64,000 bases of DNA from Planctomycetota bacterium (GTDB taxonomy: Bacteria; Planctomycetota; B15-G4), in NCBI GenBank assembly GCA_965248575.1, contig CBDFJQ010000002.1, forward strand, positions 1,568,001 through 1,632,000, written 5' to 3'. The notes below the pieces were generated by a model, which saw nothing but the letters and a program-made list of their open reading frames with translations, was not told where the DNA came from and made no database searches. Made by a program: the position numbers and the translations under genes. Position 1 is the first letter of the stretch. The number at the start of each line of letters is the position of its first letter. Below, in pieces: positions 55,228 to 63,583 of the stretch.

Positions 55228-56085
55228 ATGAACAACCCCTCGCCCGGCATCGACGACCTGCGCCCCTGCGGCCCCACACCGGCCGTGGACCCCGCGCTCG
55301 AAGGCAAGCCCATCGGCGTCACGCCCTGGACGGCGCCGGCCTCCGGCCCGGTGCGCCATGAGGTCCTCACCCAGGCCTCGGCTGACGACAAAGCGGCACT
55401 TGCTCAGCAGATCTGCGACGTGATGCGCATGCTCTACAAGGCCGAGATGGTCGTGGCCAACGACGGCAACGTGAGCGCGCGTCTGCCCAACGGCAACATC
55501 ATGATCACGGCCTCGGGGGTCCTGAAAGGCTTCATGACGCCAGACCAGGTCATCGAGTGCGACCCGCAGGGCAACTCGCTGGACGGGCGGCAGGTGACGA
55601 CGGAAGTGAAGATGCATGTGGCGGCCTATCAGGAGCGCCCGGATGTGCGCTCCGTGGTGCACGCCCACCCGATCTACGCCACCGCCTTCTCGCTGGCGGG
55701 CATCTCCCTGGCAGAGTGCACGATCCCCGAGATCATCGTCACCATGGGCACCATCCCCACGGCGCCCTATGCCACGCCCTCCACCCATGACTTGCCGGAT
55801 GGCTTGCGGCCGCACCTGGCCAGGGGTGACGCCGTGATCATGGAGCGGCACGGCGTGGTCTGCGTGGGCAGCGACCTGATCGACGCCTACAAGAAGATGG
55901 AGATGGTCGAGCACACGGCCAAGATCACCCACGTCGCCCGCACCCTGGGCACCGTGAAACCCATCGCCCCTCCCGGCGTGAAGAAGCTGCTCGAGACTCG
56001 CAAGAAGCTGGGCATCGAGACCAAGAACAGCCTCTGCGAAGGCTGCGGAGCCCGAGAAGTCTGCGCCGCCCCGATCTTCCCCTAG
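55228..56085 (+). CDS. Class II aldolase/adducin family (FucA-like), probably BMC-associated
   Basis: DGNVSAR, TASG, EVKMH, VVHAHP, MERHG (Zn ligands); C-terminal CEGC...C. Confidence 0.92.
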   Translation: MNNPSPGIDDLRPCGPTPAVDPALEGKPIGVTPWTAPASGPVRHEVLTQASADDKAALAQQICDVMRMLYKAEMVVANDGNVSARLPNGNIMITASGVLKGFMTPDQVIECDPQGNSLDGRQVTTEVKMHVAAYQERPDVRSVVHAHPIYATAFSLAGISLAECTIPEIIVTMGTIPTAPYATPSTHDLPDGLRPHLARGDAVIMERHGVVCVGSDLIDAYKKMEMVEHTAKITHVARTLGTVKPIAPPGVKKLLETRKKLGIETKNSLCEGCGAREVCAAPIFP

Positions 56086-56209
56086 GCGACTAGCAGGGCG
56101 ATAGACGCCCGCGCCAGCTGCGCCCCCCCATATCAGGCTGTCGCGCAGCCCTACCCATCTCTCTCCCCAAGCCCGGACGTCCTGCGAAGCAGGCGACCAC
56201 CACCGAGCA

Positions 56210-56313
56210 GGGGGGCGTGATTTTCGGGCACCTGGTCTGCGGCGAGTTCTTGAGGCGTCTGTTCGCCTCGTTGTCTGAGAAGCAGACCTGGTGCCCGAAA
56301 ATCAGCACCCCCC
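56210..56313. repeat. Long intergenic inverted repeat (23-bp arms, 1 mismatch) with an inner hairpin
   Basis: TGATTTTCGGGCACCTGGTCTGC (56218-56240) pairs with GCAGACCTGGTGCCCGAAAATCA (56282-56304); inner GAGGCG/CGCCTC; outer G6/C6. Confidence 0.9.
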
Positions 56314-56353
56314 GGCACGCCCGAACTCAGCGTGCAATCTGTAGCGCAGCCTC

Positions 56354-57331
56354 CTAGGGCGCCGTCGCGCGCACGCCGTTGGACAGGGTGATGTCGTGCA
56401 GTGTCGTCAGGTCCTGGCACAAGAATTGGAACGTGAACTGTGTGCCCGAGGCCACTGCAGGAAGCGGCGTCACGCCCGAGACGGTTCCCGCTCCGCTGGT
56501 AAAGACCGCGATCTGTGCGTTGTTCGGGAACGCGTGAACCGTGCCGCCCAAAGCTGCGAAAGGGCTCGGAGCCAAGGCGATCCAGAGCAGCGAGAGTTCA
56601 CTGCTTGGCCCGTTGGTCAGGGACACGCCGATCACCGAGTTGGCGGTGAGCGATCCCAGGCCCTCCAAGGTGGGCTGCCCGTTGATGCCCACCGTTCCGC
56701 CTCCCAGGTCTTCCCAGGGATCCACGGTGGTGATGCGCATGTTGTCGGCGCCGACGGTCCACTGGTCGAAGATGTAGAAGAAGTCGGGATTGCCGTAGAA
56801 GAAGTTCACCTGGGTCACGCCCGTCATCACGAAGTTCCAGGCGGCATCCGGGTCGGTGCACGTACCGAAGGTGGCCCAGCCGCTGGGCATGGTCGGGCTG
56901 TGCGGGTCAAAGCTGTAGTCGAAGGAAACCCAGCCCGTGCCCGGCTGCGGCACCATCTCGGTGCCGAGGAAGAAGACCGAGCAGTTCTCGCGGGTGAGCA
57001 TCAAGGTTGCTTCGCGCGCGGCGGGGAAGTTGAGGCTGAAGGTGTTGAGGTCGACTCCCACGCTCGTGACATTCTTCGTGCGGTAGTTGCCCGTGAAGGC
57101 CGACGGGCCGGAGCTGCGCAGTTGCGGGGCGAAGGTGTCGACCAGGGTCCTGAGATAATCGTCGGGGTTGCCGCCGCTGGTCGGGAAGGTCGAGGGTGGG
57201 CCATACGACCAGCCGGCGTTGTTGACGCCACCCACGAAGGTCTCGACCACCGTTCCACCGCCAGCCAAGGCAGCAGACGCGAGCAGGGCACACGCGGTAA
57301 GGGTTCGGGCAAACAGGGGAAAACGGAGCAT
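56354..57331 (-). CDS. Secreted beta-rich protein (laminin-IV/jelly-roll-like domain) with a C-terminal extracellular domain
   Basis: Signal peptide MLRFPLFARTLTACALLASAALA; G/T/S/N-rich; C-terminal WEDLGGG...QFLCQD...LSNG. Confidence 0.7.
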   Translation of the reverse strand: MLRFPLFARTLTACALLASAALAGGGTVVETFVGGVNNAGWSYGPPSTFPTSGGNPDDYLRTLVDTFAPQLRSSGPSAFTGNYRTKNVTSVGVDLNTFSLNFPAAREATLMLTRENCSVFFLGTEMVPQPGTGWVSFDYSFDPHSPTMPSGWATFGTCTDPDAAWNFVMTGVTQVNFFYGNPDFFYIFDQWTVGADNMRITTVDPWEDLGGGTVGINGQPTLEGLGSLTANSVIGVSLTNGPSSELSLLWIALAPSPFAALGGTVHAFPNNAQIAVFTSGAGTVSGVTPLPAVASGTQFTFQFLCQDLTTLHDITLSNGVRATAP

Positions 57332-57431
57332 GGTGGACATCCGGGGCAGAGGACTGAGAGTGCAGGGCCAACCAGGAGCGGGCCCGCGCGAAAGCAGACG
57401 AAAACACAGGATTCGAAGCCCGTCAATTTGT

Positions 57432-57462
57432 TTCCAGGAGACTTCCAGGATATCTGCTAGGA
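57432..57462. promoter_or_regulatory. Helically phased direct repeats (candidate operator)
   Basis: TTCCAGGA at 57432 and 57443, TGCTAGGA at 57455, in an AT-richer divergent intergenic region. Confidence 0.5.
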
Positions 57463-57506
57463 TTTCACGATGATCGACCCCGCGCACGCGCCGCAGAATG
57501 CTCCCC

Positions 57507-58793
57507 ATGACTGAACCTGCCCCCCAGGATTCCTCGGCCTCGGCACCCGAATCCGGCAAGGCTGGCGCCGAGCCAAGCCCCTCGGCCGGGGATCTCGAGC
57601 CACGCATCGCGGCCATCGGGACGGAGCTCCGGGACACCCTGCTCGAGGTCCTGGAGCAGCTGCCGGCCTCGGGCCCCCAACCCCTCGCGACCCGCCTTGG
57701 CCTGAACAAGGTCCTCACGAGCCGCCTGCTCAAGGCCGTCCGTACCCGGGACCCCATGGCCATGGTGTTCCACTGCCCGGGGCCCGCCCCCCTGCAGCGT
57801 TTTCTCAAGGCGGCGCGTCGCGTGGGCGTCAGCTTGCCGGTGCTCCAGCCCGCGGAAGCTGCGGTCGAGGCCTTCGCCAGGCTCGTGCGGGATGAGATTG
57901 GCGACAGGAGCGCGCTGAACGCCTTGATCAGCGCTTGGCTGCCCGACGCACGTTCGGAATTCGAGCTGCGTCAGAAGCAGGCGGCCTTCCGGGCCCTGAG
58001 CCAGCTGCGCGGGGCGGCCGCCGCCATGAACATCGCCACGGTGCTCCTGCACCCGAGCGCCGACGGCAAGCACCTCGACGTGGTCTGGATCTTTGGCTTG
58101 CTCTCCCTGCAACGCCTGCGCCCCGGTGTCCCAGTGAAGTTCTCCACGCGACGGCTGCTGAGCGCTACGGATAAACCACGCCACCCCACCACCCTGGATG
58201 GCACGACGCTCACCGACCTCGACGATGTCGGGACCCTGCGTCTGGACGAGTTCTGTGACTCACCGCCGGCGCTCGTCGACGTGCATCGCTCGGGCGAGAG
58301 CGTCCACTACGTCCTGGGCGGCGACGCCTACGGACCCAGCAGCGCCGTCGACCTGCTCATGGCCGAAGCAAACCTCGGTGAGATGCCGCGCTACATCCCC
58401 GAGGGGAGCGGGCGCAAGGGCTACGTCTTCGCTGAGGTCGGCACACCGGCCCGAAGCCTGCTGTTCGACGTGCTCATCCATCCGGACGTCTACCCGGGCT
58501 CCACCCCCAGCCTGCTGCTCTACGACACCGCGCTGGACGGCGTCGCCGACGTGAATGATCCCAGCCGGGACATCGACCGCATGGAGCTCACCGAGTCCAT
58601 CCAGCACCTGGGTCGTGGCAGCTCCATGTACCGCTTGGCAGGCGTCCCTCATTACGTCGCCATGCTGCGACACGTCACCGAGCGCATGGGCTGGGACGCC
58701 GATGAGTTCGCCGGCTATCGCTGCTGCATCGACTATCCGGTGTACGGCAGCCAGGTGGTCATGGCGTTCGACCCGCCAAACGACCCCGACTGA
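57507..58793 (+). CDS. Uncharacterised cytoplasmic protein with an N-terminal HTH-like segment (putative regulator)
   Basis: GPQPLATRLGLNKVLTSRLLKA resembles an HTH; ATG 57507 lies 7 nt after CAGAAT. Confidence 0.65.
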   Translation: MTEPAPQDSSASAPESGKAGAEPSPSAGDLEPRIAAIGTELRDTLLEVLEQLPASGPQPLATRLGLNKVLTSRLLKAVRTRDPMAMVFHCPGPAPLQRFLKAARRVGVSLPVLQPAEAAVEAFARLVRDEIGDRSALNALISAWLPDARSEFELRQKQAAFRALSQLRGAAAAMNIATVLLHPSADGKHLDVVWIFGLLSLQRLRPGVPVKFSTRRLLSATDKPRHPTTLDGTTLTDLDDVGTLRLDEFCDSPPALVDVHRSGESVHYVLGGDAYGPSSAVDLLMAEANLGEMPRYIPEGSGRKGYVFAEVGTPARSLLFDVLIHPDVYPGSTPSLLLYDTALDGVADVNDPSRDIDRMELTESIQHLGRGSSMYRLAGVPHYVAMLRHVTERMGWDADEFAGYRCCIDYPVYGSQVVMAFDPPNDPD

Positions 58794-58819
58794 GCGGTCA
58801 CCCGTGCGTCAGCGGGGCG

Positions 58820-60205
58820 TCAGCTCACGCTGTACTTCGGGTTGCTCTGCAGGCTGCCTTCCACCCGTGCACGCTCTGCTTCGAAACCTGGGCGTCCCAT
58901 GAGCCCGTAGGTCGCTACCTTGCCGGCCTCGACACCCGGCTGATCGAAGGCGTCGATCCCGTAGAGCTCCCCACCGTAGGCCGTGGCCATCATGGACCAC
59001 ATGAGGAACTCGCCCACCGAGTGAGCATCCACCTCGGGCAGCGTGATCACGGCGTGGGGACAGCCGGCATCGCTGAGAGCCAGCTGCGTCGCCCTGCATT
59101 CGGCGTCCAGCAGCTGCCCGAAGGTCTTGCCGGAGAGGTACTCCAACTCGTCCAGTCCGTCGGGGGCAGTCGGGATCAGCAGGTCGTCCTTGTGCTCCAG
59201 GACGCGCATGAAGGTGTACGCCTTGTCGCGCGGCCCCTGGGCGAACAACTGCACCTGGCTGTGCTGATCCGTGGCACCCACCGCGCCATGGGGCAAGGGC
59301 CCGACGCGCTGGCCGTCGGCGTTGAGCTTGCCGAGGCTCTCGGCCACGAGCTGCACGTTCCAATCCACCAGCAAGCGCAGCCGGTGGCTGTAGGGAAAGA
59401 GTACCTGCGTGTGCACGCCGCAGCGGGTGTCGAGCAGGTGGTGACAGGCGGCCCACACGGCGGCGGGGTTGCTTGAGAACTCGTCCCCGAAGCAACGATC
59501 GCGTGCCGCGGCCGCCCCTTCGAGCAGACGCGGAAGGTCCCAGCCCATGAGCGCGCCCGGAACGAGCCCCACCGGTGACAAGACGCTGAAGCGGCCACCG
59601 ACATTGCCGGGCACGGTGAAGGCCGTCAGCTCATGCGCTCTCGCGAAGGGGCGCAAGAAGCCGCTCTCGGCATCGGTGGTCACCACGACATGCTCACGCC
59701 AACGATCCCCGACGCTGGACTTCAAGGCCTCGAGGAAGAGCAGGAACTGACTCATGGTCTCAGCTGTCGAGCCCGACTTGCTGATGACGTTGAACAGGGT
59801 GGTGGCCGGGTTCACGGCCCGCATCACGCCGCCCACGAGCACTGGGTCCACATTGTCGACCACGAAGAGGCGCGGTCGACGCTGTGGGCCGCGGGTGTCG
59901 TGCATGGCCCGGGAGAGCGCGGCATGCAAGGCTTGCGTCCCCAGTGCCGAACCACCGATCCCCATCACCACCACGTTCTCGAAGCGCCCTTCGAGGCCGG
60001 CAGCGAACTGCTGGCAGGCCTCCATCGTCTGGGTGTCGTCCGGCAGGTTGAAGAAGCCCAGCTGACCTGAGTCCCGCTTCTGCTTCAGGGCGGCCAGATG
60101 CTGGGCGTGCTTGCCTGCAGCCAGTTCGAGTTGGGAGGGATCGACGCCCACGTCACCTTGGGGGCCGCCGGACACAAAACCGCTGTAATCGAGTGAGAGG
60201 CTCAT
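58820..60205 (-). CDS. pgi: Glucose-6-phosphate isomerase
   Basis: GIGGSALG, ISKSGSTAET, VGGRFSVLS, QLVAESLGK, GATDQHSQVQL, FDQPGVEAGK. Confidence 0.96.
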   Translation of the reverse strand: MSLSLDYSGFVSGGPQGDVGVDPSQLELAAGKHAQHLAALKQKRDSGQLGFFNLPDDTQTMEACQQFAAGLEGRFENVVVMGIGGSALGTQALHAALSRAMHDTRGPQRRPRLFVVDNVDPVLVGGVMRAVNPATTLFNVISKSGSTAETMSQFLLFLEALKSSVGDRWREHVVVTTDAESGFLRPFARAHELTAFTVPGNVGGRFSVLSPVGLVPGALMGWDLPRLLEGAAAARDRCFGDEFSSNPAAVWAACHHLLDTRCGVHTQVLFPYSHRLRLLVDWNVQLVAESLGKLNADGQRVGPLPHGAVGATDQHSQVQLFAQGPRDKAYTFMRVLEHKDDLLIPTAPDGLDELEYLSGKTFGQLLDAECRATQLALSDAGCPHAVITLPEVDAHSVGEFLMWSMMATAYGGELYGIDAFDQPGVEAGKVATYGLMGRPGFEAERARVEGSLQSNPKYSVS

Positions 60206-60308
60206 GCGCCGTTTATGACACACACCTCGAGGCGAACGAAGTGCGGAGCTGAGGCCAAGCCAGGGAAGCGCCACCGTTCCCGGGCCCGCGGAGCACCGGG
60301 ACAGCGGG

Positions 60309-60314
60309 TACCAT
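60309..60314 (+). promoter_or_regulatory. Putative -10 hexamer (TACCAT), leaderless
   Basis: 7 nt upstream of ATG 60322. Confidence 0.55.
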
Positions 60315-60321
60315 CCGCAGC

Positions 60322-63300
60322 ATGGCCATCACCCCTCCCCGTCGCATCAACCTGCCTGGGCTGCTCGTCCGACGGCCAGTGATGATGTTCATGCTGTTCT
60401 TGACGCTGATCGGAACGGGTTTCCTCAGCTACTCGAAGCTGCCGCTCACCTTGCTACCGCCGGGCCTGCAGGACTCCAGCCTCTCCATCAACCTGCCCTA
60501 CCCCGGGGCGGGGCCCAAGGAGGTGGAGGACCAGCTCACGCGCCCCGTCGAGGAGCAGCTACGAACCATCCCCGGTATCAAGAACGTGTTCTCGGTCAGC
60601 CGCGAGAACCGCGCATCAATCGATATCGAGTTCGGCAACGAGACCAACATGGACGTCGCCTATGGCGAGGTCCGCGACCGCATCGAACGCATCCGTTCGA
60701 CCCTGCCGCCGGAGATGGACCGCTACAACATCTGGCGCTGGAACAGCAACACCGACATGCCGGTGATGTGGATCGGCATTCAATACGACCAAGAGGCCGT
60801 CGATCCCTTCGGCCCCATCGAACGCATCGCCGTCCGTCGCCTCGAAGGCGTTGAAGGTGTTGCGCGAGTCGGCCTCTCCGGCGTGGTGGACGAAGCCGTC
60901 CGGATCTTCGTCAACGTGGAGAAGGTGAAGGGCTATGGCGTCAACCTGGGCGACGTCATCCGGCGCCTGCAGGCCGACAACTTCACCTTGCCTGCGGGGG
61001 AGGTGAACGACGCTGGCCGCACGCTCGCTCTGCGCATCGATGCACGCTTCCAGAGCCTGGACGATGTCCGCGCCTACCCCGTGGGCAACGGCCTCGTGCT
61101 GGGTGACATCGCCGACGTGGTGCGCGCCCGGGCCTATCGGGATTGGGTCTGGCGCATCAACGGACGCGGCGCCGTGGGCATGGACATCAGCCGTGAGTCC
61201 GACCAGAACACCATCGACGTCTGCAGCCGGGTGGAAGAGGTCATCGCCGAACTGGAGCAGGACCCGCGACTGGCGGGCGCCAAGTTCAACGTCTTCTTCA
61301 ACCAGAAGGAGCACATTCTCGGTGCCGTCACAGGCCTCCAGCAATCGGCACTCTGGGGCGGGTTGTTCGCGGTGATCGTGCTGTTCTTCTTCCTGCGCGA
61401 CCTGCGCATGACGATGCTGGCCGCCCTGGCCATCCCCAGCTCGCTGTTGGCCGCCCTGATCGCCACATACTTCGGTGGCCAGACGCTCAACCTCATCTCG
61501 CTGGCCGGCTTCACCCTGGGCATTGGCATGCTGGTGGACAACGCGGTGGTGGTCATCGAGAACATCAGCCGCAAGCGCTCCGAGGGTCTCGACCGCCTTT
61601 CCTCAGCAGCCCATGGTGCGAGCGATGTGGGCCTGGCGGTGATCACCGCGACCGCTACCTCTATCGTGGTCTTCCTGCCGTTGGTGTTCATGGATGGCGA
61701 CCGCAACAACCAGATCATGATGCAGGAGGTGGGCCTGCCCATTTCCTACTCGCTGGCGGCTTCACTGCTCGTGGCCCTGGTCTTCCTGCCCGCCTTCTGC
61801 GCGCGCATCATGAGCGGCAACCGCAACAAGGCAGCAGACCTGCACTTCTCCGGACGCCTTGTCAGCACCTATGAGCGCTCCATGAATTGGGTCTTGGGCC
61901 ACCGTTTCGGCGCCTTCCTCTTGCTTGTCCTCGTGGTTTTGGTGGCCAAGGAAGCCGGGAGCAACCTGCGCAAGGCGAACACCGGCAATCAGGGTGATGA
62001 CTCCATCCGGATGTCCGTCGAAACACCCCCGACCTACTCGCTCGGCGAGACGAACTCCGTCTTCGAACACTTTGAGACCTGGGCCGAGGAGCACATGGAG
62101 GAGTATGGCTACGACTTCTACTCCACCCGCTTCAGCCGCCGGGGCGGAAGCGTGAGCTTCTATCCTCGCGAGGGCCTGGATGACGACGCCCGCGAGCGCT
62201 TGCCCCATTTGTTGCGCGACACCTCCCCCGAGCTGCCGGGCGTCGAGGTCACGGTGGGACGCGATGGCGCAGGGCAGAGCAAGGAAGTGCGGATCAACCT
62301 CAAGGGCCGGGACTTCTCCGTCCTGGCAGGCATCGCCGACGACCTCAAGCTGCGCCTCGCGAACCTCACCACCGAGAAGGACGGCCACATCATCCCGCTC
62401 TTCGAGAATGTTCGCACCGACCTCGAGGACGGCCTGGACGAGATCCACGTGGACATCGACCGGGACCGGGCGTCGGAGCTGGGCGTGCTCCCAGAGATGG
62501 TGCGCGGCACCGTGGCTTGGGGCCTCGGAGGCCAGCGGCTGCCTGACTACCAGGAGGGTGAACGCGAGATCCGGATGCAGATCGAGTACGGACTCAGCGA
62601 CCAGGAGAGCCTCGAGTTCCTGCGCAACATGGGTCTGTCGAGCACGACGGGCGCCCAGGTACCCCTGGCCTCCATCGCGAGCCTTGGCTTCGACAAGGCC
62701 CTCGGCAGCCTCGTGCGGCGCAACGGGGAGACCAGCACCGGCGTCACGGCGCTCCCCACGGTGGACAATCTCTACGAGGTCTCCCGGGGCCTGAAATCCG
62801 TGCTCGCCAACTACCCCTTCCCCGACGGCTACACCTGGGACGAGCAGGGCGGTCAGGAGGAGTTCGAGGAAGGCATGGCGGAACTCGTGATGACGCTGCT
62901 GTTCTCGGTGCTGCTGGTCTACCTCCTGATGGCGATCCTGCTCGAGTCCGTCTCGCTGCCCTTCTCGATCCTGGTGTCCATCCCGCTCGCCCTCATGGGC
63001 GTCAACATCACGCTCTTCACCGTCGGTCGCGCCATGGATGCCATGGTCATGGTGGGCATGATCCTGCTAGCGGGCATCGTGGTGAACAACGCCATCGTGC
63101 TGCTCGATCGGGTGCAACGCTTGCGAGCGGAGGGCCTGGAGCGCGACGCCGCCCTGATCCGCGGTGGCGCCGAACGCCTGCGCCCGATCGTCATGACAGC
63201 CTTGACGACCATCTTCGGGCTGCTGCCCATGGCCATGCCATCGGCCTTCCCCGGGGACGCCGAATCCTCGGGCTACGAGAGCATGGCCATCACCGTGGCT

Positions 63301-63492
63301 GGCGGCCTCGCCTTCTCGACCTTCTTCACCCTCCTGGCGGTGCCGCTCTTCTACACCTTCTTTGACGACCTTGGCTCCGCGGCCAACAAGCTGATGCCCT
63401 GGAAGACCAAGGACGCCGACGCTGAAACGACGGAAGGCCTTCCAGGACCGGGTGCCGGCGAGCCGGCCTTTTTGGCCAAGCACGACGCCTGA
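60322..63492 (+). CDS. RND efflux transporter permease (AcrB/AcrD/AcrF family)
   Basis: 1056 aa; YPGAGPKEVE, GMLVDNAVVVIENI, GIVVNNAIVL, RLRPIVMTALTT. Confidence 0.95.
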   Translation: MAITPPRRINLPGLLVRRPVMMFMLFLTLIGTGFLSYSKLPLTLLPPGLQDSSLSINLPYPGAGPKEVEDQLTRPVEEQLRTIPGIKNVFSVSRENRASIDIEFGNETNMDVAYGEVRDRIERIRSTLPPEMDRYNIWRWNSNTDMPVMWIGIQYDQEAVDPFGPIERIAVRRLEGVEGVARVGLSGVVDEAVRIFVNVEKVKGYGVNLGDVIRRLQADNFTLPAGEVNDAGRTLALRIDARFQSLDDVRAYPVGNGLVLGDIADVVRARAYRDWVWRINGRGAVGMDISRESDQNTIDVCSRVEEVIAELEQDPRLAGAKFNVFFNQKEHILGAVTGLQQSALWGGLFAVIVLFFFLRDLRMTMLAALAIPSSLLAALIATYFGGQTLNLISLAGFTLGIGMLVDNAVVVIENISRKRSEGLDRLSSAAHGASDVGLAVITATATSIVVFLPLVFMDGDRNNQIMMQEVGLPISYSLAASLLVALVFLPAFCARIMSGNRNKAADLHFSGRLVSTYERSMNWVLGHRFGAFLLLVLVVLVAKEAGSNLRKANTGNQGDDSIRMSVETPPTYSLGETNSVFEHFETWAEEHMEEYGYDFYSTRFSRRGGSVSFYPREGLDDDARERLPHLLRDTSPELPGVEVTVGRDGAGQSKEVRINLKGRDFSVLAGIADDLKLRLANLTTEKDGHIIPLFENVRTDLEDGLDEIHVDIDRDRASELGVLPEMVRGTVAWGLGGQRLPDYQEGEREIRMQIEYGLSDQESLEFLRNMGLSSTTGAQVPLASIASLGFDKALGSLVRRNGETSTGVTALPTVDNLYEVSRGLKSVLANYPFPDGYTWDEQGGQEEFEEGMAELVMTLLFSVLLVYLLMAILLESVSLPFSILVSIPLALMGVNITLFTVGRAMDAMVMVGMILLAGIVVNNAIVLLDRVQRLRAEGLERDAALIRGGAERLRPIVMTALTTIFGLLPMAMPSAFPGDAESSGYESMAITVAGGLAFSTFFTLLAVPLFYTFFDDLGSAANKLMPWKTKDADAETTEGLPGPGAGEPAFLAKHDA

Positions 63493-63583
63493 GGCAAGCA
63501 GCCCCCTCCGGCTCCTTCGCCCCACCAACCCGCTTGAGTTCCCAGGGGTGACAGCGAGGCATCGGCCCGTACAATCCGCCGCC

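Noticed and set aside
56090..56420. Short ORFs across the hairpin region
   Set aside because: No RBS or motifs; the region is better explained by the inverted repeat.
57332..57808. N-terminal extension of the 484-aa ORF
   Set aside because: It overlaps the divergent gene and promoter; the signal peptide starts at 57331 (or 57340).
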